A stretch of 64,000 nt of DNA from Candidatus Aenigmatarchaeota archaeon (GTDB taxonomy: Archaea; Aenigmatarchaeota; Aenigmatarchaeia; CG10238-14). The stretch covers positions 159,495 through 223,494 of the forward strand of contig JAGVVZ010000001.1 of assembly GCA_018304545.1 (NCBI GenBank), written 5' to 3'. Within the stretch, counting starts at the first letter, position 1; each line of letters opens with the position of its first letter. The notes beneath the pieces were generated by a model. It was not told the origin of the DNA. It did no database searches and saw only the letters and a list, made by a program, of their open reading frames with translations. Positions 1 through 9,420 of the stretch are shown here, one piece after another. Both the position numbers and the translations under genes were made by a program.

Positions 1-447
1 TTACCAAGACCAATGATTCATTCAAAAGATTATAATTTCAGTTTTTCTGGACTCAAAACAGCTTCTGTTTTATTAATAGAGAAATTAAAGCAGAAGTATA
101 AAAAAGATTTCAGTAAAGTTGTTCCTGATTTTTGTTCATCGTTCCAACAATCAATTACTGATGTATTATTGGCTAAAACCGTTAAAGCTGTAAAGGAATA
201 TAAAGTAAAGCAATTGTTCATGGGCGGCGGTGTTATATCCAACAATCAAATCAGAAAATCATTCAGAAAAGAAATGAGAAGGCTATCAGTAAACGTTTTC
301 ATATCTGATAAAAAGTTCTGCACTGATAACGCGGCAATGATAGGAATTTGTGCATATTACAAATCAAAAAGAAACGAATATGTGAAAAATATTAAGAACG
401 TAGATAGAATGCCTAATCTAAAAATAAATGAAAATATTTTGTTCTGA
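1..447 (+). CDS. kae1: Kae1/TsaD-family tRNA threonylcarbamoyladenosine synthase, C-terminal part; runs off the left edge
   Basis: Frame is open to position 1. Motifs 'GGGVISNNQIR' and 'CTDNAAMIGICAYY' are typical of the Kae1/TsaD C-terminal region. Confidence 0.7.
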   Translation, partial: LPRPMIHSKDYNFSFSGLKTASVLLIEKLKQKYKKDFSKVVPDFCSSFQQSITDVLLAKTVKAVKEYKVKQLFMGGGVISNNQIRKSFRKEMRRLSVNVFISDKKFCTDNAAMIGICAYYKSKRNEYVKNIKNVDRMPNLKINENILF

Positions 448-450
448 GAG

Positions 451-3255
451 TTATCCCCAGAACTTTTTAGTTCTGATGAAATTTCTTTCAGCTTCTAATA
501 GTGCTCGTAGGAAATCCTTTTCACCAAAGTACATGCCTCTGAGAATTCTTACTGCCGTTTGTGGCCCAACACCTCTAGTAGCCAAGGCCATAACAGCTTT
601 TTTTCCATAAACAATAACAAGATCTGACGTTCTATTTATCTTATCCCATATTTTTTGTTCTTCGATAGTCAAACTATTTTTCAATTTCTTTTTAACTAAA
701 TTTATCAGTTCGTGTCTATGATGAGAAATTACTCCTATTAATTTTGCATGACATTTGTCGCATCTGATTATATCTGGCACGTCCTTTATTTTCATAGTAA
801 TATACCAACCACCACAGTTCATACATATCAATTCAACTTTCTTGCTCATCAATCTCTTTTCAAAAATATCTAAAATTTGTAGGTCAGGTTTTTCTGGTCC
901 GACAAGCTCAGGTTTTTGTTTTAATCCTATTTTTCCTAAAGGAGACAGCCCCTTATTAAAAACCAGTTTTATTTGGTTTTTTTGAATTTTATCAAGTATT
1001 TCTTTCGTTTTAATAATATCCAGTTTTTCAGTTTTAATTTCTCGTAATGTTTCTTCCCATATTGGAGTATTTGTGTAAATGTCAATGATCTTGTCTATTC
1101 GAATTCTACTAAAATCAGCATCCTTTTTTATAACACCAAATTTCTTTGCAACATGTAAAAATTTCCATTGGAATAATTTTGTATTAGGAAGTGTTATCTC
1201 CATTAACGGTTCAACATTATCAGTTGATGTTTTATAAATAATTTCTTTAAAAATGTCTAGATTAATTTTTTGAAATTGTAAAACAATTCTATATGGATCT
1301 ATTTTCAAGCCAACCGAACCGATTCTAGTAGCTAACATCGAAGATAGAAATCTACCGAGTGTCTCATTTACAACACTACCAAAACAAGTATGCAATATTA
1401 AAACATCTTCATATATTTCAGCAATTATTTGTTTATCTGTTGGTACGCCATATTTAATTTGCTTATTTATTACATTTATCATACGTTTTCCAGAATTATC
1501 ATCTATGGGATATTTTTGTTTCAATTGTTTCAATATTTCATGTTTATCAATGCTATTCTTTAATTCTATTGAAATAAAATTCCTAATAGAGCCTACTTCT
1601 TGAGCAACCTCAAACGGAACTGGCATCAAATCTCCTTCCCAACCAGGAATAGATGCATCTATGTCGCCAGATGGTTCAACATATATTTTTGTTGCTTCAA
1701 CAGAAACTATATGCCACGGTTCCCCCTTTATTATAAAGGTTGATCCTTCTATACCATGGATGGCTACAAATTCTTCATCTAACGTGCCTACCTTATCATT
1801 AGAAATCATGTTAATTACAGAATAATTTTTTGTGTCTGGTATTGTAGATAAATTTTCAAAATAATATATCAGTCCTTTTTTGGATGATCTAATTGCATCC
1901 TCATCCAAAAATAAATATTTCAGTGAGTTCATTTGCCGGCATACTGATACAAACTGATCCTTAGTCAAATCACGATAAGGATATGCTTTCCTTATTAAAT
2001 CGTAAGCTTCATTTATAGAAATTTTATATTTATCACGGGTTATACCAACTATTTGTTGAGCCAGTACATCTAATGCGTTGTAATGAATTTTCAATGATTG
2101 TAATTTTTCTTGTAGAGCCTGTTTAGCAATTACAACAGATTCAAACAAATCGTCAATATCAGTTGCTATTATAACACCCTTAGATATTCTACTATGCTCA
2201 TGCCCAGATCTTCCTATTCTTTGAATTGCTCTAGCCGGTTCTCTCGGCGACATATAATGTAGAATAAAATCAATGGATCCTATATCTATACCTAGTTCTA
2301 AAGAGGATGTACATACTATGGTTTTCAATTTTTGATTTTTGAACTCTTCTTCAACATTTATTCTAACAGATTTACTTAAACTGCTGTGATGATTAGCTAC
2401 TGATAAATTTGGATAAACTTGTTTTAATCTTGAAGTCAGTATTTCTGCAAAATCTCTAGTATTTGTGAAGACCAAAGTAGATGCATGTTGATTGATCAAC
2501 TCGTAAACTTTTCTTAATCGGGCAGCTATAGATAGACTAGGAATTGTTTCCAATAGCTCATTATCCGACTGGTCTTTTTTAGGACTTATTACTTCAATTT
2601 TCATCTCTTTGGATGATGTAGCTTTTATTATTTTCATATTTCTATTGCCAGAAATGAATTTTGCAATCTCTTCTGGATTTCCTACTGTCGCACTCAATGC
2701 TATTAGTTGGAAATTGCCACACAATTCTCTTAATCTTTCCAATGCAACTGTCAGCTGTATTCCTCTCTTACTGTCTGCTAATTCGTGAATTTCATCTATA
2801 ACAACCCACCTAACATTTCTTAAATTTTCTCTCATTTTTTTAGCCGGTAATATTGCTTGAAGAGTTTCTGGTGTCGAAACTAAAAGATCATCGGGAAAAT
2901 CTACTTGTTTTTTTCGCTCATAAGCAGATGTATCGCCATGTCTGACTGATATATCCATTTCTAATTGTTCACTCCACCATAAAAATCGTCTTAGAAGATC
3001 ACGGTTCAGAGATTTGAGCGGAGTTAAATATAGTATACTAATTGGTTTTGGCTTATTTTTTAGCCACATATCAAATATTGGCAACATAACACTCTCTGTT
3101 TTACCTAGACCGGTTTGAGCAATCAGAAGAACGTTATTACCTTCAAGTATTGGCTTCATTGCTAACTGTTGAGGTACTGTGGGCTTTTCAAAACCACTTT
3201 TCTTAATGGTATCTTTTATTTTTTGTGAAAATATTTCAAAGGACATAGGTATCAC
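451..3255 (-). CDS. lhr: Lhr-like large ATP-dependent helicase (superfamily 2)
   Basis: 934 aa. Walker A 'AQTGLGKTES', 'VIDEIHE' (DEIH box), 'LSATVGNPEE', and a C-terminal CxxC...CxxC zinc finger. Confidence 0.85.
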   Translation of the reverse strand: MIPMSFEIFSQKIKDTIKKSGFEKPTVPQQLAMKPILEGNNVLLIAQTGLGKTESVMLPIFDMWLKNKPKPISILYLTPLKSLNRDLLRRFLWWSEQLEMDISVRHGDTSAYERKKQVDFPDDLLVSTPETLQAILPAKKMRENLRNVRWVVIDEIHELADSKRGIQLTVALERLRELCGNFQLIALSATVGNPEEIAKFISGNRNMKIIKATSSKEMKIEVISPKKDQSDNELLETIPSLSIAARLRKVYELINQHASTLVFTNTRDFAEILTSRLKQVYPNLSVANHHSSLSKSVRINVEEEFKNQKLKTIVCTSSLELGIDIGSIDFILHYMSPREPARAIQRIGRSGHEHSRISKGVIIATDIDDLFESVVIAKQALQEKLQSLKIHYNALDVLAQQIVGITRDKYKISINEAYDLIRKAYPYRDLTKDQFVSVCRQMNSLKYLFLDEDAIRSSKKGLIYYFENLSTIPDTKNYSVINMISNDKVGTLDEEFVAIHGIEGSTFIIKGEPWHIVSVEATKIYVEPSGDIDASIPGWEGDLMPVPFEVAQEVGSIRNFISIELKNSIDKHEILKQLKQKYPIDDNSGKRMINVINKQIKYGVPTDKQIIAEIYEDVLILHTCFGSVVNETLGRFLSSMLATRIGSVGLKIDPYRIVLQFQKINLDIFKEIIYKTSTDNVEPLMEITLPNTKLFQWKFLHVAKKFGVIKKDADFSRIRIDKIIDIYTNTPIWEETLREIKTEKLDIIKTKEILDKIQKNQIKLVFNKGLSPLGKIGLKQKPELVGPEKPDLQILDIFEKRLMSKKVELICMNCGGWYITMKIKDVPDIIRCDKCHAKLIGVISHHRHELINLVKKKLKNSLTIEEQKIWDKINRTSDLVIVYGKKAVMALATRGVGPQTAVRILRGMYFGEKDFLRALLEAERNFIRTKKFWG

Positions 3256-3279
3256 TAAGCAAGAGAGGAATAATATTAT

Positions 3280-3295
3280 ATGTCTTATAAGACAT
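3280..3295. promoter_or_regulatory. Perfect 16-bp palindrome ATGTCTTATAAGACAT in the lhr 5' region
   Basis: Seen directly. Located 25 bp upstream of the lhr start codon, between the NFACT gene 3' end and lhr. Confidence 0.4.
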
Positions 3296-3379
3296 CATCA
3301 TTAATCAAAGACAAAAGAAAGGCGTGATTAAGATATAAAAACCTTTCTTAATGGAAAATATTGTGGAAATAAATAAAAT

Positions 3380-5086
3380 TTAAAAATCAATAAACCTGAC
3401 AATTCTGCACATACTGTAAGGTATTTCTTTCTTAACCTTATCAAACATGTTTTCAAATCTTTTTTTCATAACTTCGTTATAATTTTCGTTTCCTGGTACA
3501 ATCAAAACATAATTTTTTGTTTGTTTTTTTATAGCAGATTCGGGGCCATAAATCACTTTATCATCTTTGATTCCAACAGCTATTTTAAGCTCAACCCTCC
3601 TGATCCAGCCTCTCTCCCCGTATATCATAAATGAACCTGTGGGCAGGCCACCTTCTTTTTTCATTTGAATGGGTTTTATATAATAAACATCTGCGGTTTG
3701 TATTCCAATTTTCCATGCTTTAGAGTACGATGCACAGAATTGTGCAACTTCAGAAATTGTTTGTTCTGGGATATTCAATTTTTCTGGATTTTTTATCAAA
3801 ACAAATGGGGAGCCAGTGATGTCATTATGAAAGACCAAGTCGTTTTCTTTCATATGTTTTCTTATTAATTGTTCGTTACTTTTAGCGTCTTTTCCGCCAA
3901 TGATTAAAAAATTATCAGAAGAAATAAACCATCTGAAATTTTCATACCATTGTTTTTGATCTACTGGTTTTTGTTGATTTATAATAGGTTTTATAGATAC
4001 ATTGACGTCTAATTCTTCTATTGCTTTATTAACCCCTGTTATTTTTTTCTTTATTTTTTTAATTTCAGAATAATATTTTTGTATGTTTTCATTTATTGTA
4101 TATCTGAAATCAACTGGTATATCGTTAATAACAATTATTGATTTTTTAGGAACAAATTCTAGATTTAATTTTTTAGCAATTTCTTCATGTTTTTCTTTAT
4201 TATCCTTTAATTTCCAGAATTTTGTAAGTATATCATAAAAGTAATCTACTTTCTCATTCATACCATTAATGTATGTCTGATATTTTTCCCTCTCTTCTTT
4301 TAACTCGTGAAGCTTTTCTAATTGTTTACTTTTTATACCAAAATATTTTTGTCTTCTTTCATCATATGGTTTGTTTCTAATTAACTCCAACTCTTTTTCA
4401 TATTCATCCTTAATAATTTCATTTAAATTAGAAAAATCCTTAAACCAAGAATTTATATTATTCAAAAATTCATAGAACTCTGGGATACGATTAGAAATTT
4501 TTTCATTTTTATCTATCATCAGTTTTCTGCATATATCTTCAGTAATTTCATTACCAAAACCAAAGTCTTTAATTAACACCAAAGAAAATTCTTTGTTTTG
4601 TAAATGGTTTGTGAGTTGTTCTAATGACATCTTAAATGGATTGAAATATGACGGCGGATGCACATATTCTAAATTTGGTTTTATCGTCCTGTGTCTCCAT
4701 GATCTCATACTAAGAGCTATAATTATTTTTTTATTCGGTTTCTGCGTTAAAATAAAGTTTCCATCGCCAAAAAACTCGACTATTAGAATATGATTAGTTG
4801 TTTCAATTTCTATTATTCTATCGAATTCATGTTGTCTTACATCTATTATTTTTGAACCAATCAAATGTCTTCTTGTTTGTTTCCCAAGTTCGGATAATTC
4901 AATCAATTCATAGTTTTTTTCTGAAATAAAAAATCCGAATTTAGGTAATATAATCAGAAAGTTTTTCTGATTTTTAATATGTAAATCAAATAAAAAACCG
5001 TTATGTGTTTCCTTAATCTTCTGAATTTTCGAGTTCAGTAGTTTCTTCATCTTTTTTATTTGAAATTTCACTTCCAGACTGTTCAT
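3380..5086 (-). CDS. NFACT-family protein (archaeal Rqc2/FbpA homologue, DUF814-containing)
   Basis: Approximately 570 aa. The N-terminal 'MNSLEVKFQIKK...' resembles the FbpA/NFACT N-terminus, followed by a coiled-coil middle and a C-terminal DUF814-like 'DLVFHNDITGSPFVLIKNPE'. The start is uncertain because the long ORF overlaps scpB. Confidence 0.65.
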   Translation of the reverse strand: MNSLEVKFQIKKMKKLLNSKIQKIKETHNGFLFDLHIKNQKNFLIILPKFGFFISEKNYELIELSELGKQTRRHLIGSKIIDVRQHEFDRIIEIETTNHILIVEFFGDGNFILTQKPNKKIIIALSMRSWRHRTIKPNLEYVHPPSYFNPFKMSLEQLTNHLQNKEFSLVLIKDFGFGNEITEDICRKLMIDKNEKISNRIPEFYEFLNNINSWFKDFSNLNEIIKDEYEKELELIRNKPYDERRQKYFGIKSKQLEKLHELKEEREKYQTYINGMNEKVDYFYDILTKFWKLKDNKEKHEEIAKKLNLEFVPKKSIIVINDIPVDFRYTINENIQKYYSEIKKIKKKITGVNKAIEELDVNVSIKPIINQQKPVDQKQWYENFRWFISSDNFLIIGGKDAKSNEQLIRKHMKENDLVFHNDITGSPFVLIKNPEKLNIPEQTISEVAQFCASYSKAWKIGIQTADVYYIKPIQMKKEGGLPTGSFMIYGERGWIRRVELKIAVGIKDDKVIYGPESAIKKQTKNYVLIVPGNENYNEVMKKRFENMFDKVKKEIPYSMCRIVRFIDF

Positions 5087-5588
5087 TTGTTTCAACACTA
5101 ACCACTTCTTTTAATAATTGTTTAATCTCATTTATGCTTTTACCAAAATATTTTTCAAACTCGACAGTGGTCGACACTAATCTTGTTCTACCAGATTTTT
5201 CTGTTTTTAATAAACCTCTTTTTTCGAGGTTTTTTATATAGTCATAAGCTTTGTTTCCCTGAACTTTAATAATATATGACTGTGGAACTGGTTCCTTTAA
5301 AGCAACTACTCCCAAAGTTCGTAACATACCATCAGACAAATCCGAATGCGGTGTTAAAGAAGATACAGTGGATAGAAACTTATTTTTTACTTTTAGTTGA
5401 TAGCTTTCACCTATGTAGACTAATTCAAATCCTCTGTTGTCCTTATCTAGATCATTTTTTATTTCATCCAAGATTTTTACTATTCTTTCATCAGATTTTA
5501 TACCAGAAATTTTAGAGAGTTGTTTAATTGTTAAAGGTTCTGCTGTCATAAATAATGCTGCTTCTATTAAAGCTCTTTTTTCATCCAT
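5013..5588 (-). CDS. scpB: Segregation and condensation protein B (ScpB-like winged-helix protein)
   Basis: 191 aa. 'MDEKRALIEAALFMTAEPLTIKQLSKISG' matches the ScpB N-terminal winged-helix signature. A second winged-helix follows, then an acidic tail. Confidence 0.65.
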   Translation of the reverse strand: MDEKRALIEAALFMTAEPLTIKQLSKISGIKSDERIVKILDEIKNDLDKDNRGFELVYIGESYQLKVKNKFLSTVSSLTPHSDLSDGMLRTLGVVALKEPVPQSYIIKVQGNKAYDYIKNLEKRGLLKTEKSGRTRLVSTTVEFEKYFGKSINEIKQLLKEVVSVETNEQSGSEISNKKDEETTELENSED

Positions 5589-5664
5589 ATTATCATTTTA
5601 TTATTAATATTTAGATAGATAAGAAACTGTGTTCAGATAAATAAATTTAATTATAAGATATTTT

Positions 5665-6162
5665 ATGGTTAACAGAAACATTTCTGTAACATTAGAATGT
5701 TTTATTAAAAAGGGAAACAAATATCTGATGTTACACAGGAACTCTAGTAAAAAAATTATACCGGACGTCTGGATGGCACCGGGCGGTCACAGAGAGTTTA
5801 ATGAGGGTCTTTTTGAATGTGCCAAAAGAGAAATATTAGAAGAGACCGGACTCAAAATAAAAAATATCCATATAAAAGCAACTGGTTGCGCTCATCTAAA
5901 AGACCTAAATAAAGAAATTTTCTTCCATTTGTTAAAGGCGGACTACGCAGGAGGCGAATTAAAAGAGAACATGAACGATGGTAAACTTGCATGGCATACT
6001 CCCGAAGAAATTCTAAATTTAGATAATTTATTATCAGAGCTTCGTGAAATTTTACCTTATATATTCAGCGAAGAGAAGAAAATTACTTCTTACAAAGCTG
6101 TATATGAAAAAGGAAACAAAATGATCCAATTTGAGATTGAAAACGCTGATGGAGAATTTTAA
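5665..6162 (+). CDS. NUDIX hydrolase
   Basis: Nudix box 'GGHREFNEGLFECAKREILEETGL'. Confidence 0.8.
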   Translation: MVNRNISVTLECFIKKGNKYLMLHRNSSKKIIPDVWMAPGGHREFNEGLFECAKREILEETGLKIKNIHIKATGCAHLKDLNKEIFFHLLKADYAGGELKENMNDGKLAWHTPEEILNLDNLLSELREILPYIFSEEKKITSYKAVYEKGNKMIQFEIENADGEF

Positions 6163-6361
6163 ATCTTTACCAAACATTTAAATATATTACTAACGAAAAA
6201 TTATTAAAGTGAATGTGATGCCGTACTAATCCGAGTAGTTCAAAATTTGTGTCATTTTCTATCAGTTTTAATTCTAAATCATGTTGTTGAAAATAAAGTG
6301 AATTATATCGTAAGAGAAGAAAATTTAAAGTTAGTTTTAGAACATATAAAGAGGTGTAGTA

Positions 6362-7645
6362 ATGTTTGATATTAAAATTATAAGAGAAAATCCGGATTTA
6401 GTCAAAAAGGATTTAGTCAAAAGAAACGATACAGAAAAAATAAAGTGGGTAGATGAAACTATAAAATTAGATAAATCATGGAGATCGTCTATACAAGAAT
6501 TAAACGAGTTGAGGAGAAGACGAAACAATATAACTCAGGAAATTGCAAAATTAAAAAAATGGGGAGAAAACGCAGAAAAAATACTAAAAGAGGCAGAAGA
6601 TATACCACAAAAAATTAAAAATTTAGAAGAGAAAACGCAAGAATATCAAGAAAAAATGGACTACTATTTAATGAGATTACCCAACATTTTACATGAATCT
6701 GTTCCTTTAGGAAAGGATGATTCTGAAAATGCGGAAATAAGAAGAGTGGGCAAAACACCAAAGTTTGATTTTGAACCAAAAAATCATTTGGATCTTATGC
6801 AAAATTTAAATTTAATAGAAGTTGATAGAGCAGCTAAAGTATCTGGTCACGGTTTTTTTTATTTAAAGAATGATTTAGCTAGACTAGATTTAGCAATAGT
6901 TCAATACGCTATAGACCTTATGATGAAACGTGGATATACGTTCGTCATACCTCCGTATATGATACATAAAGAACCTTTTATTGGAGTAACGGATTTTGAA
7001 TTCTTCGAAGAGCAGATCTATAAAATAGAAAAGGAAGATTTGTATTTGATAGCAACAGCTGAGCATCCACTAGGAGCGATTTTCAAAGATGAAATTCTTA
7101 ACAAAGATGACATGCCGTTTAAATTCTGTGGATTCAGCCCATGTTTCAGGAAAGAAGTTGGAGCGCATGGAAAATACACAAAAGGACTGTTCAGAATGCA
7201 TCACTTCCATAAGATAGAACAATTCATCTTTTGTCATCCAGACGATTCCTGGGGATTACACGAAGAATTACAAAAAAATTCTGAAGATTTATTGAAGGGA
7301 CTGGGATTGACATATAGAGTTGTTAATGTATGTACTGGCGATATAGGTAGTATAGCAGCAAAAAAATATGACACAGAGATATGGATGGCTGATGGAAGTT
7401 TCAGAGAAGTCGGATCAAATTCTAATTGTACTGACTATCAAGCGAGAAGATTAAATATCAGATTTAAAGAAAAGGAAGGACAAGCAGCGATGGGTTTTGC
7501 ACATACACTGAACAATACGGCACTTGCAACTAGTAGAGTAATGATCGGAATAATAGAACAAAATCAGCAAAAAGATGGATCAATAAATATACCTGAAGCG
7601 TTAAGACCTTTCATGAGTGGAAAGAAGAAAATTGAAAAATCATGA
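6362..7645 (+). CDS. serS: Seryl-tRNA synthetase
   Basis: 427 aa. N-terminal coiled-coil arm plus class II aaRS core ('FRKEVG', 'GSIAAKKYDTEIWMADG', 'NCTDYQARRLNIRF'). Confidence 0.95.
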   Translation: MFDIKIIRENPDLVKKDLVKRNDTEKIKWVDETIKLDKSWRSSIQELNELRRRRNNITQEIAKLKKWGENAEKILKEAEDIPQKIKNLEEKTQEYQEKMDYYLMRLPNILHESVPLGKDDSENAEIRRVGKTPKFDFEPKNHLDLMQNLNLIEVDRAAKVSGHGFFYLKNDLARLDLAIVQYAIDLMMKRGYTFVIPPYMIHKEPFIGVTDFEFFEEQIYKIEKEDLYLIATAEHPLGAIFKDEILNKDDMPFKFCGFSPCFRKEVGAHGKYTKGLFRMHHFHKIEQFIFCHPDDSWGLHEELQKNSEDLLKGLGLTYRVVNVCTGDIGSIAAKKYDTEIWMADGSFREVGSNSNCTDYQARRLNIRFKEKEGQAAMGFAHTLNNTALATSRVMIGIIEQNQQKDGSINIPEALRPFMSGKKKIEKS

Positions 7646-8133
7646 ATTTAAGTTTTTTTATTTATTTCATTCATATGAGTAGTAAACCACATGTACGAAC
7701 TCTTAAAGCGAAATTACATGATAATGTTGTTAGTGCCATATTAGCAGATCCAAAAGTAGTTCCATATAAAATAATTCGAACGGGTGAGATAGTAAGTACA
7801 TATTCGCCTTATTCCTATCCTTTACCATCTGGTAGAAGAGGATCAATTGACATACTTTATGTTATACTTTTTAGGAGTGTGTATCATCTTGTTGGATTAG
7901 AGTACGAGTCAACAAGTTATGGAGAAGGGCACGCAGAATCTCAACTAAGAAATGCTAGAAAGCAAGTTGAACTACAATTTGCAAAATTGTTACCAGATGG
8001 TGCTGGAGCGACATCACAATGGCATGGAGTTTTTGTTTATTATCCTGGAGATGTTGAAGAAGTGCTATATATTAAAGAGGTGTTAGAATCCTTGCGAGCA
8101 GAAGAAATATCATTCACGTATTTGACCAAATAA
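7642..8133 (+). CDS. Hypothetical protein, translationally coupled to serS (ATGA overlap)
   Basis: 163-aa ORF whose ATG overlaps the serS stop. No confident family match. GC content is locally higher than in the flanking sequence. Confidence 0.45.
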   Translation: MNLSFFIYFIHMSSKPHVRTLKAKLHDNVVSAILADPKVVPYKIIRTGEIVSTYSPYSYPLPSGRRGSIDILYVILFRSVYHLVGLEYESTSYGEGHAESQLRNARKQVELQFAKLLPDGAGATSQWHGVFVYYPGDVEEVLYIKEVLESLRAEEISFTYLTK

Positions 8134-8200
8134 AAACTATTTATATATCTACAGGTCTCATAAAGAAACAAAACTTGTAAATTATTTATTCTTTACACAG

Positions 8201-9358
8201 TCATTGCTGAATCTGATCAGTATCTGAATTTGAGTGTTTTGCCATTTTACTACAAACATAAGCTAATAACAAAGTGTTTGTCGGAATTATTTCCGTAGGT
8301 AAGCATGGAATAAATGCTGATAAACCTTCTACAACAGATGTTATCAAAAGTTCTGCAGCTGGTGTGTAATCTGGTATAACAGTTTTTGCATGGCTATGCA
8401 ATGCTGTAACATAAGCACCATCTAATGGGATTGTAACTTGTGCTGCTCCTGGTACAACATCAGCTAAGTCTAATAGAGGTGCACCATACATCAACCACGG
8501 ATTTTGCATAACATACGCTAAATAATCTGGCATTATATCTTCAGTAACCCCAAATCTTCTTCCCAGAAAGGCATAAAGTCCGGCTCCAATACTACCTGTT
8601 CTTGCTCTTGTTTGTTCAGGTTCATCCATAGGAGATGTTTCATCTGTTGCGTCTCTTGTTCTGCTTCTGGATAACATATATCCTGCACCTAATGAACCTG
8701 CCCCTGATAAAGCACCATATAGTAATCTAATCATATCAGCTGCATCTCTCCATCTTAATGCATCACTACCACCAGCAACCGTATAAGGACATGCTCCTGC
8801 AGCGCTACTAAGCAAATAAGCTGTACTGGCAGTATTAGCAAATCTGACAGCTATATCTGCATCTTGTTCGTCATCTGTAGCTGTTTGAACTGCTCGTCTA
8901 CCTAATCTAGTACCAAAATTCAAAAGAGCTGCTTCAATAACAGCGTATAACATTAATAATCCTAACTCATCTCCTCTAGAAGCAGTTGTTATATGATACA
9001 TCCCACCAGCACCTACTGTACCAGCTGGAATCAAACCGACTAGTGATGCTGTAAAATTAGGATATTGGTTCGCTATTTGGCGAAATCCTGGTATTCTTGC
9101 TATATAACCAGGCACGCCTCTAACATAATCTGGCAATTGCCTTACAGCATTCATTAATCTTTTTGTGCCTCTTTCTTCGTCTGGAGAATCCAAATACCTA
9201 TCTGGATCGATAATATCGTCTTTTTTAAATGGGTGTAACATACGATAAATTGTCTTGTGTTCTGTTTGAAATTCTGGACTATTCAAATATTCCAATCTTT
9301 CTCCTATATCATCCCAAAACCCTACGGGTTTTCTTCGTTGGTAATTATCGTCTGACAT
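8201..9358 (-). CDS. Hypothetical Ala/Gly-rich protein with glycine-zipper-like segments; paralogue of ORF 20126..20611
   Basis: 385-aa ORF, unusually long and GC-rich for this AT-rich genome. Contains 'LVGLIPAGTVGAGGMY', 'GSIGAGLYAFLG' and 'QNPWLMYGAP'. It shares the 'NPWL' and Gly-rich motifs with the 161-aa protein inserted in the ribosomal cluster. Confidence 0.5.
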   Translation of the reverse strand: MSDDNYQRRKPVGFWDDIGERLEYLNSPEFQTEHKTIYRMLHPFKKDDIIDPDRYLDSPDEERGTKRLMNAVRQLPDYVRGVPGYIARIPGFRQIANQYPNFTASLVGLIPAGTVGAGGMYHITTASRGDELGLLMLYAVIEAALLNFGTRLGRRAVQTATDDEQDADIAVRFANTASTAYLLSSAAGACPYTVAGGSDALRWRDAADMIRLLYGALSGAGSLGAGYMLSRSRTRDATDETSPMDEPEQTRARTGSIGAGLYAFLGRRFGVTEDIMPDYLAYVMQNPWLMYGAPLLDLADVVPGAAQVTIPLDGAYVTALHSHAKTVIPDYTPAAELLITSVVEGLSAFIPCLPTEIIPTNTLLLAYVCSKMAKHSNSDTDQIQQ

Positions 9359-9420
9359 GACTATTAGTTAGTAATAACGATACTTATATATATTTGATAT
9401 AATTTATATAATAAAGGTGA

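Noticed and set aside
3380-5098. Full-length track ORF for the NFACT protein (572 aa) overlapping scpB by 86 nt
   Set aside because: The first Met giving the conserved 'MNSLEV...' N-terminus is at 5086. The upstream extension is probably read-through of the frame and not real coding sequence. The start remains uncertain.
6163-6361. Possible C/D-box sRNA upstream of serS (GTGATGC ... CCGAG motifs)
   Set aside because: No properly spaced C (RUGAUGA) and D (CUGA) box pair with a terminal stem could be assembled. It is more likely an AT-rich promoter region.
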